Shown: positions 8,410 to 18,313, counted from the first letter of the stretch. The stretch is 64,000 nucleotides of DNA from Minisyncoccota bacterium (GCA_041920275.1 JAYRSE010000001.1:2004-66003); one strand, 5' to 3'. Notes: generated by a model not told the origin, from the letters alone. Numbers and translations are program-made.

Positions 8410-10959
8410 CTACTTGAACAACTCGCGTATTGCTCGTCGGGTTTCGGATTGGGGGACCATTTGGAAGTCGTATTGCGAGAAGGTTTTGAGGGTGCCTGCC
8501 TTACGCTTCGCACTCTCGGTCATTTTTTGAAATACAAGCTCTTTGTATTTGGTGTCGAGGTTTTCCGCGAGTTGGTCCCCTTTGCTTTCGAGGATATACA
8601 CGAGTTCCACCTTTCCTTCGTCGTTTTGTTTGGCAATCACAAAGTCGGGGTATATCTTATTTTTCCGCCACGCTTGTATGTGGTAAAAACTATCTTCCAC
8701 TTTGTTACGCATCCACCACAGTACCTTGTCTTGTTTGCCGAGTTCTTCCACGATCTGCTTTTCAAGGTTGTTCATGGTCACAAAGTCTACCGCACCATGC
8801 AAAGACTTCGGGTCGGTGCGTATGGGGACCATCTTTTTCGGGTCGTCTTCGCTCTCTTTGGCGGGAGCATTGTACTTTTCGGGTACGTGGTAGCCACCTT
8901 CTTCAGTGATAGCCAGAAATACCGTACCATCCTCCACAAGGGCATTAAATACCGCGAGCTCTTCGGTGTGGCACACTTGCTTCACAAAGGACGCAAGCTC
9001 ATGCGCTATGTACCCAAAGTCGCTTTCTATGATCTCGCGTGAAAATGTCTCTGAAAGCCCCGCTACGACGCGCTCGACAAAAGAAAAAGCAACAAAGGGG
9101 TTGGTGATGTGTTCGGAAACGATTTGTGTGATGATGTACTCATCGCCACCCTCCACACCCTCTTTTTCGTAGGCGGTCCCGTCACCTTGGTACGTGTCAC
9201 CGAGGAAATACTGCAAGTCTTTACCGCGCACTTTTTGCTGTCCGACACTTGCACGCAATGTTTGAAGGAGTGGGGCAATGTCTACCGTGTGCCAATCTAT
9301 CCGTGGCAAGATGTCGGAGCGGTAGGAAAGTACCCGCACGCGTTTGCCGTCTTGTATGTGCCACAAGGGAAGGGCGAGTGACGAAGCGTACTTCCTTTTG
9401 AAGTGTGGCTGTATGGGAAACGCCCGCCATGCAAGCTCTCGCCCGCTTGGTCCCGACGTACCACGTACGGTGTCCACGACGTCCTCAAGTCCGTCCGCCT
9501 CAAGTGATTTTTTAATGCCGTGCAAAAGCTCTTGCCCGTCGCTATGGTTGAAAAACGTGTAGCACTGATCAAGCTCCGGTACGCCCGTCCTCTTGGTGTA
9601 TGGCTGGCGCAACACACGCCCTACGAGCTGGGTGAGTGCGGTCACGCTACGTGAAGCAGACACCACCCCGAGTACATAGGCAAACGGGCAGTCCCACCCC
9701 TCCATGAGTGCCTGTTTGGTGATGATGTAGCGTATTTCACAGGTGTCTGAAAGGAGTACCTCATCTTTGAGCTCATCGACGTACGAGGACTTTATAGCTA
9801 TCTGTGAGGCGGGTATGCCCAGTTCCGAAAGGTAGTCTTTTATGTCGTCGGCGTGTACGTGCATACCGTCACGCTTATCCTTTCCCGTGCGTTCTGCCTG
9901 TAAAAGGGCAATAGGGCGTATGTAGTCACCGCGCGCCTCACCGTGTCGCTTTGCAATCTTTTCGAGTTCATCGCGTCTATCCCGCACATCATGAATAAGT
10001 TCGCGCCAGTTGTCGTTTTTTTCGGGGCGGACGTTTATCGGGAGCTTGATCATTTCATCGCGGTACAGGTCCATGCCTTTTATTTTTACGAGCACATTCA
10101 TGTCGGGCTTGGGGGTGGCGGAAAGTCCCACGATACAGCGCGGGTTTAAGGAGTCGAGTACTTTCCTTTGTGCGTCGGTATACACTTTGTGGAACTCATC
10201 GACGACAAAGAGTGGGTTGCATACACGTACGACATTGCCGAGACTTGTCTTCAGGGAAGGTATACCGAGGAAGTCATCTTTGAAGCACTCAAGCGAAGGG
10301 TACGCCTCCAAAAGTGCCACTATCTTTTCCCGCTCATGTTCGTGAGGGAAAAAGTCCATGAACACACCCGAGTCTTTGAACACTTTCAAGTTTTCTTTAC
10401 TCTCTTGGTTTGCCGACTGTATCATGAGCATGAGCACCACCAAGTTTTCTTCTATATCTTGATAGCGTAGCGTGTCGCTTTTTTCCACTATGCGCGTACG
10501 GTCCCCGCTCATTTGGTCTAATATTTGGCGGTATGGGTTTGTTTTGTCTTGTAGTTTTTCTATGGTCTGGCGGTATATCGCTTCGGAGTGCACGATCCAT
10601 ACCACGAGCCCTTTGCTTTTTTCCAAAAACTGCTCGTGAAATAGTTCAATAGCCTTTACCCCGAGGAGTGTCTTTCCGCCACCTGTCGGCACTTGCAGAC
10701 ACAGGCGCGGGTACAGCGTACCGTCTGCCGTGGCGGGTAGGTCCCGAAACGCGTCACCTTGAAACGTGTCGCCGTATGCTTTGTGGTACAGGGTACGCAA
10801 GGGCGGGGCGTCCGCCTTGAGGTCGTGTACCATGTCGGAGAGTCCCGCTTGTGTAAGCTTCGCCACCTTTTCCTCATGCGCGCCGAGCTCACTTTTCCAA
10901 GCACGGAAAAATGCTTCAAGCTCGTGCACTACTTTTTGTTGCGAACTTTTGAGGAGCAT
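8410..10959 (-). CDS. res: Type III restriction endonuclease Res subunit (SF2 helicase-nuclease)
   Basis: Walker A PTGGGKT, DEFH box VVDEFHKV, LSATP motif. 849 aa. Immediately downstream of the mod gene. Confidence 0.85.
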   Translation of the reverse strand: MLLKSSQQKVVHELEAFFRAWKSELGAHEEKVAKLTQAGLSDMVHDLKADAPPLRTLYHKAYGDTFQGDAFRDLPATADGTLYPRLCLQVPTGGGKTLLGVKAIELFHEQFLEKSKGLVVWIVHSEAIYRQTIEKLQDKTNPYRQILDQMSGDRTRIVEKSDTLRYQDIEENLVVLMLMIQSANQESKENLKVFKDSGVFMDFFPHEHEREKIVALLEAYPSLECFKDDFLGIPSLKTSLGNVVRVCNPLFVVDEFHKVYTDAQRKVLDSLNPRCIVGLSATPKPDMNVLVKIKGMDLYRDEMIKLPINVRPEKNDNWRELIHDVRDRRDELEKIAKRHGEARGDYIRPIALLQAERTGKDKRDGMHVHADDIKDYLSELGIPASQIAIKSSYVDELKDEVLLSDTCEIRYIITKQALMEGWDCPFAYVLGVVSASRSVTALTQLVGRVLRQPYTKRTGVPELDQCYTFFNHSDGQELLHGIKKSLEADGLEDVVDTVRGTSGPSGRELAWRAFPIQPHFKRKYASSLALPLWHIQDGKRVRVLSYRSDILPRIDWHTVDIAPLLQTLRASVGQQKVRGKDLQYFLGDTYQGDGTAYEKEGVEGGDEYIITQIVSEHITNPFVAFSFVERVVAGLSETFSREIIESDFGYIAHELASFVKQVCHTEELAVFNALVEDGTVFLAITEEGGYHVPEKYNAPAKESEDDPKKMVPIRTDPKSLHGAVDFVTMNNLEKQIVEELGKQDKVLWWMRNKVEDSFYHIQAWRKNKIYPDFVIAKQNDEGKVELVYILESKGDQLAENLDTKYKELVFQKMTESAKRKAGTLKTFSQYDFQMVPQSETRRAIRELFK

Positions 10960-10961
10960 GA

Positions 10962-12569
10962 TTATTTTCTCTGAAAGAGGGCAAAGGGTATTTGTACAAA
11001 GGAAATACCGCGTGCATCAAGCTCATCTTTGTCGATAAAACAGGCGGGTGCGTACACTATCTTTTTACCTTCGGTGTCTTGCACGAGGTCAAGCCAGTCG
11101 CGGGTGAGGGCGAGGGTTTTCAACCCTTCGAGCGTGTCTTTGTACAAACAGTACACGCGGGTGTGTTTGGTACCCGAGACTATCTCCCATGTGGCGTTTG
11201 GCTTCTTTACTTCCTCTATGGGCTTGCCGGTCGCGAGATAGTGTACGTATTTGGCGAAACTCTCCCATGAGGGCAAGTCTTTGCCTTTCAGTATGTCCCG
11301 CGCGTTTATGGAAGGACCGAGGGTGTAGTAGGTGAAGCCCACGTCGAGCTTGTCGCGTTTGATCACGCGACGTACACGTTCAGCGGTTGTTTTGTTTGCA
11401 TAACTCTCTGTTTCGACAAGAATGTACTTTCTATCGCCACCGTCTTCTTTGTTGAGCTCTAGTATAGCTTGTGCAGTGGTGCCAGAGCCAGCAAAGGAGT
11501 CAAGGATAACATCCTTGTCAAAAGTAACTTGTTGCATGAGAGTCTTGATAAGGGATACTGGTTTTGGGAAAGGAAAAGTATCATCGTCGAGTATTTCTCG
11601 AACTTCACGAGTGCCGTGTAATGTGTATCCGACAGATTCATTAAGTATAGTTGAAAATCCTGTATTTTTGTCTGCCAATTCCGAAAAAAATTTCTTCTCT
11701 CTTGGTCGTCCCTCCACTTTGCGAGGAAATATTATTCGACTGTCTTCAATTTTACCTTTCATTGTTTCTTTTGAGTATCGCCATCCAGTGTCCTTTGGAC
11801 ATGAGTAACTTTGTCCAGTTTTTGGGTCAATAATCGGGTAGTGTAAGTTGGGTCTTTGTGATTCATTTGCAAGTCCAAGAATACTGTTACTCATCCATAT
11901 GCCACGTTCGTCATTGTCTGGGTTTGAATATTTGCCAATATCAGAAGGCTTACCCTTGAATGAAAGCGTATCATTCTTGCCATAAACAAGAATATACTCA
12001 TGGTCGTTAGATACTTTGTTGATATTCCTACTGTCAACAATCTGTCTACTTTTCCAAATCAATGTGGTTAAAAAGTTTTTATCGCCAAATACTTCATCTA
12101 GTAGAATTTTCAATCTTGATTGTTCTATATCGTCGATACTGATGAATATGACACCATCTTCTGCCAACAACTCCCGTAAAAGTTTGAGACGCGGAGTCAT
12201 CATGCACAGCCACTTGTCGTGGCGGGTGAGGTCTTCACCCTCTTTGCCGACCGTTTGCCCGAGCCAGTCTTGTATCACAGGACTGCTCACGTTGTCGTTG
12301 TATACCCACCCCTCATTGCCTGTGTTGTAGGGTGGGTCGATGTAGATACATTTCACTTTGCCTTGATATTTAGGAAGAAGTGCTTTCAAGGCAAGGAGGT
12401 TGTCGCCTTCGATGATCATGTTTTCGTGTTCACCCGCGCCCGCAAGCGAGGACTTCTTGTCTTTATCGAGCGTGTGGTAGGGCACCGAGAGGTGGTGGTT
12501 CCATACCGCCGTTTTGCCTTTGAAGTTGAGTGATGCCATGGTGTGTGTATTATGGCACAAGTATACCAC
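10962..12569 (-). CDS. mod: Type III R-M Mod subunit, N6-adenine DNA methyltransferase (beta class)
   Basis: Motif IV IYIDPPYNTG precedes motif I DSFAGSGTTAQA. 535 aa. Adjacent to res. Confidence 0.85.
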   Translation of the reverse strand: MVYLCHNTHTMASLNFKGKTAVWNHHLSVPYHTLDKDKKSSLAGAGEHENMIIEGDNLLALKALLPKYQGKVKCIYIDPPYNTGNEGWVYNDNVSSPVIQDWLGQTVGKEGEDLTRHDKWLCMMTPRLKLLRELLAEDGVIFISIDDIEQSRLKILLDEVFGDKNFLTTLIWKSRQIVDSRNINKVSNDHEYILVYGKNDTLSFKGKPSDIGKYSNPDNDERGIWMSNSILGLANESQRPNLHYPIIDPKTGQSYSCPKDTGWRYSKETMKGKIEDSRIIFPRKVEGRPREKKFFSELADKNTGFSTILNESVGYTLHGTREVREILDDDTFPFPKPVSLIKTLMQQVTFDKDVILDSFAGSGTTAQAILELNKEDGGDRKYILVETESYANKTTAERVRRVIKRDKLDVGFTYYTLGPSINARDILKGKDLPSWESFAKYVHYLATGKPIEEVKKPNATWEIVSGTKHTRVYCLYKDTLEGLKTLALTRDWLDLVQDTEGKKIVYAPACFIDKDELDARGISFVQIPFALFQRK

Positions 12570-12582
12570 AGGGTTTGCGTGT

Positions 12583-12756
12583 GACCCGAGAGGACTCGAC
12601 GATGTGTCACTAACCGCTTTTATACTAGACCCGAGAGGACTCGTCCCGCTTTTTCTAATTCGCTTCGCTCATAAGAACGCTGGACGCGGCTCGCAGCCCC
12701 ATTCCGCTTCGCTACATGGGGACCCGCTGCTCCGCCGTTCGAGTCCTCTCGGGTCC
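12583..12756. repeat. Cluster of degenerate tRNA-Ala 3'-end copies (att-site remnants)
   Basis: Two direct copies, GACCCGAGAGGACTCGA at 12583-12599 and GACCCGAGAGGACTCG at 12638-12653. One inverted copy GTTCGAGTCCTCTCGGGTCC at 12737-12756. Confidence 0.6.
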
Positions 12757-12805
12757 TACCGGAACGCAACAAAACCGAAGCGTTCGCTTCGGTTTTGGCG
12801 TCCGG

Positions 12806-12878
12806 TGGACCCGAGAGGACTCGAACCCCCTACCTCCTCAGTGCAAATGAGGCGCTCTACCAGGTGAGCTACGGGCCC
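12806..12878 (-). tRNA. tRNA-Ala (anticodon UGC)
   Basis: Manual fold: acceptor GGGCCCG/CGGGUCC, D-arm GCUC-ACCUGGUA-GAGC, anticodon loop UUUGCAC, T-arm GGGGG-UUCGAGU-CCUCU, discriminator A. A hairpin plus T-run terminator follows the 3' end. Confidence 0.8.
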
Positions 12879-12986
12879 GGTGATAAGAAGGTGAGCGAAC
12901 CGTTCGTTCGCACCCTCAACAGAACGAATAGTACAGAAATTTTCCCGGATGCGCAAGGAGCGCAAGTGTGTGTCCAAGTGCGTGCA

Positions 12987-13598
12987 CTAGACGAGTGAAC
13001 GTATGTCCGCTTCGAGTTGTGGGAATGTGGGAGTGTTGAAGTGCCCCATGTTCTCACAGGTGCGCACTGTCGCGTCGGTGAGTTTGCGCGCGTAGAGCTC
13101 CACGTGCGTGTAGGGCACCACCGGGTCGTCGGTGCTGTGGTAAAGGAATATGCGACCCGCCCGCGCCTCGAACACCCGCAGGTCTTGCGGGGGCACGAAC
13201 TCGCCCAGTGATTCGTCCAGATCGGTATCTTGAAATGGCGCCGCAACAAGCAGGGTCGCGGTGATCCGCACCGGAAGCTCGTGTTCCGAGAGGTACCGCA
13301 CCAGGAAGACGCCACCCAACGAGTGGCCGATCAGTATGAGACCGTCGTTGAAGAGCGGTAGTATGCGTGAGAAGTAGAGTTCCCACTCGGTGTACACCGC
13401 GTTCGTGCCGTTCGGCATATGTGGAGCGAACACATCGAACGAGGGGCCGAGCGTTTCCGCGAGATTGCTCTTCCAGTCTCGTAGGGATCGCACTCGGTCG
13501 AGTGTGAGAGTCTTGGTGCGGAGGAAGGCAAGATACTCTTCGTGGGAAGGGAATGTGGTGCCCCCGTGGATATAAAGCAGTTGTTGCGTTCTTTGCAT
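12987..13598 (-). CDS. Serine hydrolase of the YdeN/RBBP9 (Ser_hydrolase) alpha/beta family
   Basis: IGHSLGG nucleophile motif. ~200 aa size and pattern are typical of the PF06821-like family. Confidence 0.65.
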   Translation of the reverse strand: MQRTQQLLYIHGGTTFPSHEEYLAFLRTKTLTLDRVRSLRDWKSNLAETLGPSFDVFAPHMPNGTNAVYTEWELYFSRILPLFNDGLILIGHSLGGVFLVRYLSEHELPVRITATLLVAAPFQDTDLDESLGEFVPPQDLRVFEARAGRIFLYHSTDDPVVPYTHVELYARKLTDATVRTCENMGHFNTPTFPQLEADIRSLV

Positions 13599-13779
13599 AA
13601 AGGGAAATGGTTATCTACTGGCGCTCGCGGGAGCTTTCGATCAGTGCGCCTGCAGTGATCATGATACCACAATTCATTACGTGGTACGGAGCAGGTTCGT
13701 GGTACACTGTAATGAATGGTCATGGCGACCGAACACCCTGTTGGGTTATTAAGGGTATCAATACTCACATACTGTCTAT

Positions 13780-14574
13780 ATGGAACACATCAAATCCAAT
13801 GTCGGCCTGTATGTCATCCTCGGGATCGTGCTGCTCCTCGGAGTCGTGTCGGGGATCGTCATAACAACACAGCACTCCGATGAAGGGTCCGAAACAAAAA
13901 AGGACGACCCGGTTCCGGGCGGGGAGGACGCGTCGCGGTCGATCGAGGTCGAGCTTGCTTGCACGAACGAGTATGCGATGCGTGCGACCTACTCAGAGCC
14001 GGATGCCCGAGGGGTGATGCAAAAGCTCACCTTGACCGTAACCCAAGGGGAAGTCGCGACCCTGCACGTGATGACGCCCGCCCGTTCCGGAAGCGGATCA
14101 CGGTTCGAGACCTCGGATGGCGTGTATGCGCTCTGGGAACACCAGGATGAGTTTCGGTACATGGTGAATGATGTTGATACTGCGGTGTGTCACAGGGTTG
14201 ATCTTTCGCAAGACACCGGTGCCGTGGGCGATGTCTCGGAAGACGGCCTTACCGGCAGGGTGTGGGTATTTGCGGATGCGGCGACACCCGAGGGCGGTGT
14301 GTTTCGACCCAAGGTGGCGGGTGCGTTCACGGTACGATTCGAAGCGGATGGAACGGTGGCCATGGGCACCGATTGTAACAATGCGAGCGGTGAATATACA
14401 CTGTCAGGAGATATGCTTGCCGTGAAGAACATCGCAAGCACCATGATGTACTGCGAAGGTTCTGAAGAAAGCAGTTTTCTGTCTCTCATCACATCGGTCG
14501 AGCGGTATACCCTTGAGGGTGATACACTCCGACTCATCCTCGCCGGAGGTTCGGGCGAGATGCGCTTTCGTTAA
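13780..14574 (+). CDS. Membrane-anchored MliC-like + META/HslJ-domain protein
   Basis: N-terminal TM anchor. Central Cys-containing MliC-like beta region. C-terminal META-like motif YTLSGDMLA...RYTLEGDTLRL. Confidence 0.6.
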   Translation: MEHIKSNVGLYVILGIVLLLGVVSGIVITTQHSDEGSETKKDDPVPGGEDASRSIEVELACTNEYAMRATYSEPDARGVMQKLTLTVTQGEVATLHVMTPARSGSGSRFETSDGVYALWEHQDEFRYMVNDVDTAVCHRVDLSQDTGAVGDVSEDGLTGRVWVFADAATPEGGVFRPKVAGAFTVRFEADGTVAMGTDCNNASGEYTLSGDMLAVKNIASTMMYCEGSEESSFLSLITSVERYTLEGDTLRLILAGGSGEMRFR

Positions 14575-14586
14575 CATTCTTCCGTT

Positions 14587-15741
14587 GTGTCCATCGCATA
14601 TACTCGTCTGTGTCGTGTAAAAAACCGAATGCTTTTTTTCGCGCTCATGGGTGCGATGTTCGTGACGGCTGCGCCCGGAGTGCACGCGCAAACGGAAACG
14701 GTACACGACGACTTGTCGGGTGTTGAGCGAGCAAAGGTGGTGCGGGTCATGGAGAGTGAGACGCGTCTCATACCGGGCACCGAAACCCCGCACCGGTACC
14801 AAACACTCGAGGCGGAACTTTTGACCGGTACCAAAGCGGGAGAGCGGGTGGTCGTGGCGAACGATTTTCTCGAGCTTGAACCGAACGACCGCTTTTATGT
14901 CATTCACTATACGGATGTTGACGGGACGGAGACGTACTCGGTGCAAGACGTTGATCGACGAGGCGCGCTGGTGCTTCTCCTCGTGCTGTTCGTGTGCATG
15001 ATCGTTGCGTTTGGCGGATGGTACGGCGTACGTGCGCTCGTTTCTCTTGCCGCCTCCCTCTTCGTGCTCGCGTACGTGCTCGTGCCCGGGCTGGTGGCGG
15101 GGTGGCCTCCGCTTGCAACATCGTTCGCGGTCGCCGGAGCGGTGCTCGGTGGAGCGATCTTCATGACGCACGGCTTCAACCGAGAATCGGTGATCGCATT
15201 TTCCGGAACCCTTGCCGCCGTCGGTGCGACGCTTCTTTTTGCGGCATGGTCGGTGTCTTTCGCTGCGCTTTCCGGCTTCTCCGCCGATGAGAGCGTGTAC
15301 CTCAATTTCAACACACGCGGGGCGCTCGACCTGGTCGCGCTTTTGGTCGGAGGTATTGTCATCGGTGCGATCGGTGTGCTTGATGATGTCGCCATCACCC
15401 AGGTCGCGGTGGTACGTGAGTTGCTCGCGAGCGCGGGGCACGAAGGGCGTGCGCATGTGTTCGTCCGTGCACTGCGGGTCGGCAGGGAACATGTCGGTGC
15501 GGTCGTGAACACGCTCGCGCTCGCGTATGTCGGAACATCGCTTCCGCTCGTGCTGCTTATGCACCTCTATCCCGCCACCGACAGCGCGCTTTTTAACATG
15601 GAGGTGTTCGCGGTCGAGATCGTTCGTACCATTGCCGGTTCTTTCGGTATCGTCCTTGCGGTGCCGCTCGTGACCCTGCTTGCGGTACGATTCCTGCGCC
15701 CGCAAGAACACTTGTCCGTGGGATCGAGAGTGGTACACTGA
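14587..15741 (+). CDS. YibE/F-family integral membrane protein
   Basis: Signal peptide, then a periplasmic domain, then 6-7 Gly/Ala-rich TM helices typical of YibE/F. Confidence 0.7.
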   Translation: MSIAYTRLCRVKNRMLFFALMGAMFVTAAPGVHAQTETVHDDLSGVERAKVVRVMESETRLIPGTETPHRYQTLEAELLTGTKAGERVVVANDFLELEPNDRFYVIHYTDVDGTETYSVQDVDRRGALVLLLVLFVCMIVAFGGWYGVRALVSLAASLFVLAYVLVPGLVAGWPPLATSFAVAGAVLGGAIFMTHGFNRESVIAFSGTLAAVGATLLFAAWSVSFAALSGFSADESVYLNFNTRGALDLVALLVGGIVIGAIGVLDDVAITQVAVVRELLASAGHEGRAHVFVRALRVGREHVGAVVNTLALAYVGTSLPLVLLMHLYPATDSALFNMEVFAVEIVRTIAGSFGIVLAVPLVTLLAVRFLRPQEHLSVGSRVVH

Positions 15742-15835
15742 AGCGGCAAGATCGTGCTGTGCACCGCGTTCGGTGCGACATCGCGCGAAGCGCACATCAC
15801 GGCGATGTGCATGAGTGGTTAATGTAACGTGCAAT

Positions 15836-16258
15836 ATGAAATCTTTTCTCGATGAGTTCAAAGCGTTCGCGATGCGGGGCAATGTGGTCGATCTTGCGAT
15901 CGGCGTGGTCATCGGTGCGGCGTTCGGCAAGATCGTCACATCGCTCGTCGACGATGTGATCATGCCGTTCTTCGGTTTTCTTACGGGCGGTATCAACTTC
16001 ACCGGGCTCGCCTGGACCCTGCGCGAAGCGTCGGGGACAGTGCCCGCGATCGTCTTCAAGTACGGAGTCTTCTTGAATGCGGTCATCAACTTCCTCATCA
16101 TCGCATTCGCTATTTTCGTCGTGATGAAACAGATGAATCGCTTCATGAAGAAGCAAGGTGAGAAGAAGACAGAGGAAGCGCCAAAACCGAGCAAAGAGGA
16201 AGTGTTGCTCACGGAGATCCGCGACCTCCTGCAAAAGGGTGCCGGTTCTTCAAAGTAA
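15836..16258 (+). CDS. mscL: Large-conductance mechanosensitive channel MscL
   Basis: Canonical MscL N-terminus [27 protein letters not shown] and a second TM helix. ~140 aa. Confidence 0.85.
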   Translation: MKSFLDEFKAFAMRGNVVDLAIGVVIGAAFGKIVTSLVDDVIMPFFGFLTGGINFTGLAWTLREASGTVPAIVFKYGVFLNAVINFLIIAFAIFVVMKQMNRFMKKQGEKKTEEAPKPSKEEVLLTEIRDLLQKGAGSSK

Positions 16259-16273
16259 TCTTGAATACCCGGT

Positions 16274-16900
16274 ATGAACAAACAAGTACTCATGGGCACC
16301 GTGGCGGTCACACTTATTTTCGGGGGGTTTTTCACCTACGCATCGCTTCGGCTTGTGAACGCTCCCACAGAGACGGTCGTTCCTTCCGCCGAAGACCCCT
16401 CGCTTCGACCCGTGGATGCTCCCGTAAGCGAGGTCGTACAGCAGAACGGCTCCGCAGAGGATCGCTATCGGTTGGATGAAGAGGATGATGACAGGGACGA
16501 GGGGTCTTCCGAGTCGGAAAAAGATGATGATGACGACACCCCAAAGGAAGAAGAGGTGACACCTGCCGAAAAGAAGGTCGAACCCGCGACAAGCGGCACG
16601 GCCGGAAGCAGCACTGCGACACCTGTCCAACCGGCGGTCGCACCGCAAGTAACCGCTCCATCGGGGATCACCCTCGCCGAAGTCGCCACACACGGTTCCG
16701 AGGCGAGTTGCTGGATGGTGATCCGTGGCAAGGTGTACGACGTCACTTCCTACATCGGCAAACATCCGGCGGGGAAAAGCAGTATCCTCAAGGGGTGCGG
16801 AAAAGATGCGACGAGCATGTTCGAGGGGGTGAAGGGGCACCTGAAGCAAGCGACGCTCAATCTTTTACCCGGATACTATAAAGGAGAGCTTGCTTCTTAG
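16274..16900 (+). CDS. Membrane-anchored cytochrome b5-like heme-binding protein with acidic linker
   Basis: N-terminal TM helix, D/E-rich low-complexity linker, C-terminal cyt-b5 fold with HPAG/HPGG-type motif (GKHPAGKSSILKGCGKDATSMFE). Confidence 0.7.
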   Translation: MNKQVLMGTVAVTLIFGGFFTYASLRLVNAPTETVVPSAEDPSLRPVDAPVSEVVQQNGSAEDRYRLDEEDDDRDEGSSESEKDDDDDTPKEEEVTPAEKKVEPATSGTAGSSTATPVQPAVAPQVTAPSGITLAEVATHGSEASCWMVIRGKVYDVTSYIGKHPAGKSSILKGCGKDATSMFEGVKGHLKQATLNLLPGYYKGELAS

Positions 16901-16905
16901 AACGC

Positions 16906-18213
16906 ATGTCCCGCGATACGTTGCACAAGGTGTTTTGGAACGGGCTATTCGTCGCCAATCTGTACGCGATCGGGTATATATGGTTTCTGGGGAGTGCGGA
17001 CCTCCTCCGTGGCGACACCTCGGATGTCCTCGTGGCGCTCGGGCGATTTGCCGGTCTTCTGCTCCAGTACCTCATTCTGGTCGAGCTTGTGCTCGTGAGC
17101 CGTCTGCCGGCGCTGGAACGACTGTACGGCTTCGATAAACAGAATGTGGTGCATCGCAGGATCGGCTACTTTCTGATCGGTTTCCTCCTCGCACATCCGG
17201 TGCTTCTTTCCTTCGGGTACGGCCTCGGTATGGAACGAAGCGCTTCGGAGCAGTTCGCACGCTTCGTGTCCGACTGGGACGGTGTCATGGCGGCGACTGT
17301 CGGAGTCGTACTCATGGTTGTGGCGGGTACCCTTTCGATGCCGAAGGTGCGCAAGTTGGTGTCGTACGAGTTTTGGTATTTTTCCCATGTGCCACTGTAC
17401 CTTGCGGTGGCACTTGCGTTCGATCACCAGCTCTCTTCGGGTGATGTGGCGCAAGGAGGGCCGTTTGCTTACTGGCTTGTGATCAATTTCGCGGTGTTCG
17501 GTGCGGTCTTGATCTATCGATTTTTAGTACCCTTGTATCGGAATTGGAGGCATCGCTTTCGTGTTGCGCGGGTCGTGCGCGAGACGGACGCGGCGGTGTC
17601 CGTGTATCTCACCGGCATCCGGATGGGAGAGTTTCGGTTCGAAGCGGGGCAGTGGGTGCGTGTGCTCTTCATGCAACGGACGATGTGGCACGGGCACCCG
17701 TTCTCTCTTTCCGCGCCGTACGACGGAAAGGAGCTTCGACTCACGATCAAAGCGCTCGGCGATTGGACGAGTAGGGCGGGCGAGCTGTGTAAGGGGGTGC
17801 GGGTGTGGGTCGAAGGACCGCTCGGTACGTTCACGCTCTCTCACGCAAAGACTCGGAAGTACCTCTTCGTTGCGGGAGGGATCGGGATCACTCCCATCGT
17901 TGCCATGCTGCGCACGCTTTCTCCGGATGCGGACGCGATCTTTCTGTACGGTGTGCGTGCTCGCAAAGACCTCCTGTTCACCAAAGAGCTTTCGAAGTGC
18001 TCCGTTCGGGGTACGGTCTTCCTTTCCGACGAATCGGTCGAGGGGTTCGAGGTCGGCAGGATCACTGTGGAGCGCATCCATACGGCATGCCCGGATATCC
18101 TTACCCGCGATGTGTATCTTTGCGGGCCTCCGGCAATGGTCAGTGGATTAAAAAGGGAGCTTATCGAGGCCGGTCTTCCGTACGAACAGCTTCATTTCGA
18201 AGCGTTCGGCTAG
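16906..18213 (+). CDS. NOX-like ferric-reductase-domain flavoprotein (6-TM FRD + FAD/NAD(P)-binding dehydrogenase domain)
   Basis: TM ferric reductase domain with paired His residues. FAD motif HPFSLS. NAD(P) motif GGIGITP. C-terminal CGPPAM. Confidence 0.75.
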   Translation: MSRDTLHKVFWNGLFVANLYAIGYIWFLGSADLLRGDTSDVLVALGRFAGLLLQYLILVELVLVSRLPALERLYGFDKQNVVHRRIGYFLIGFLLAHPVLLSFGYGLGMERSASEQFARFVSDWDGVMAATVGVVLMVVAGTLSMPKVRKLVSYEFWYFSHVPLYLAVALAFDHQLSSGDVAQGGPFAYWLVINFAVFGAVLIYRFLVPLYRNWRHRFRVARVVRETDAAVSVYLTGIRMGEFRFEAGQWVRVLFMQRTMWHGHPFSLSAPYDGKELRLTIKALGDWTSRAGELCKGVRVWVEGPLGTFTLSHAKTRKYLFVAGGIGITPIVAMLRTLSPDADAIFLYGVRARKDLLFTKELSKCSVRGTVFLSDESVEGFEVGRITVERIHTACPDILTRDVYLCGPPAMVSGLKRELIEAGLPYEQLHFEAFG

Positions 18214-18313
18214 GGTCGCACAGTTCGGAACACCCGGTGTGGCGAATATGATGCGATGAGCAGTGTTCATGCTACCGTTGCGCACTTTGTGGTGACACGG
18301 TATCGTACCGTGC

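Larger units (their letters stand above)
6500..12805. mobile_element. Genomic island integrated at tRNA-Ala 3' end (lower GC; Type III R-M cargo; no integrase retained)
   Basis: Marked GC drop from ~6440 to ~12600. Direct repeat of tRNA 3' sequence GAGAGGACTCG at 6500-6510 and in the tRNA at 12811-12821. Cargo is of the horizontally-acquired type. Confidence 0.5.

Noticed and set aside
8386-9042. 218-aa plus-strand ORF
   Set aside because: Antisense to the Type III res helicase gene.
14404-16335. 643-aa minus-strand ORF, Arg/His-rich
   Set aside because: It is antisense to the well-supported YibE/F and mscL genes and has low-complexity composition typical of shadow ORFs in GC-rich DNA.
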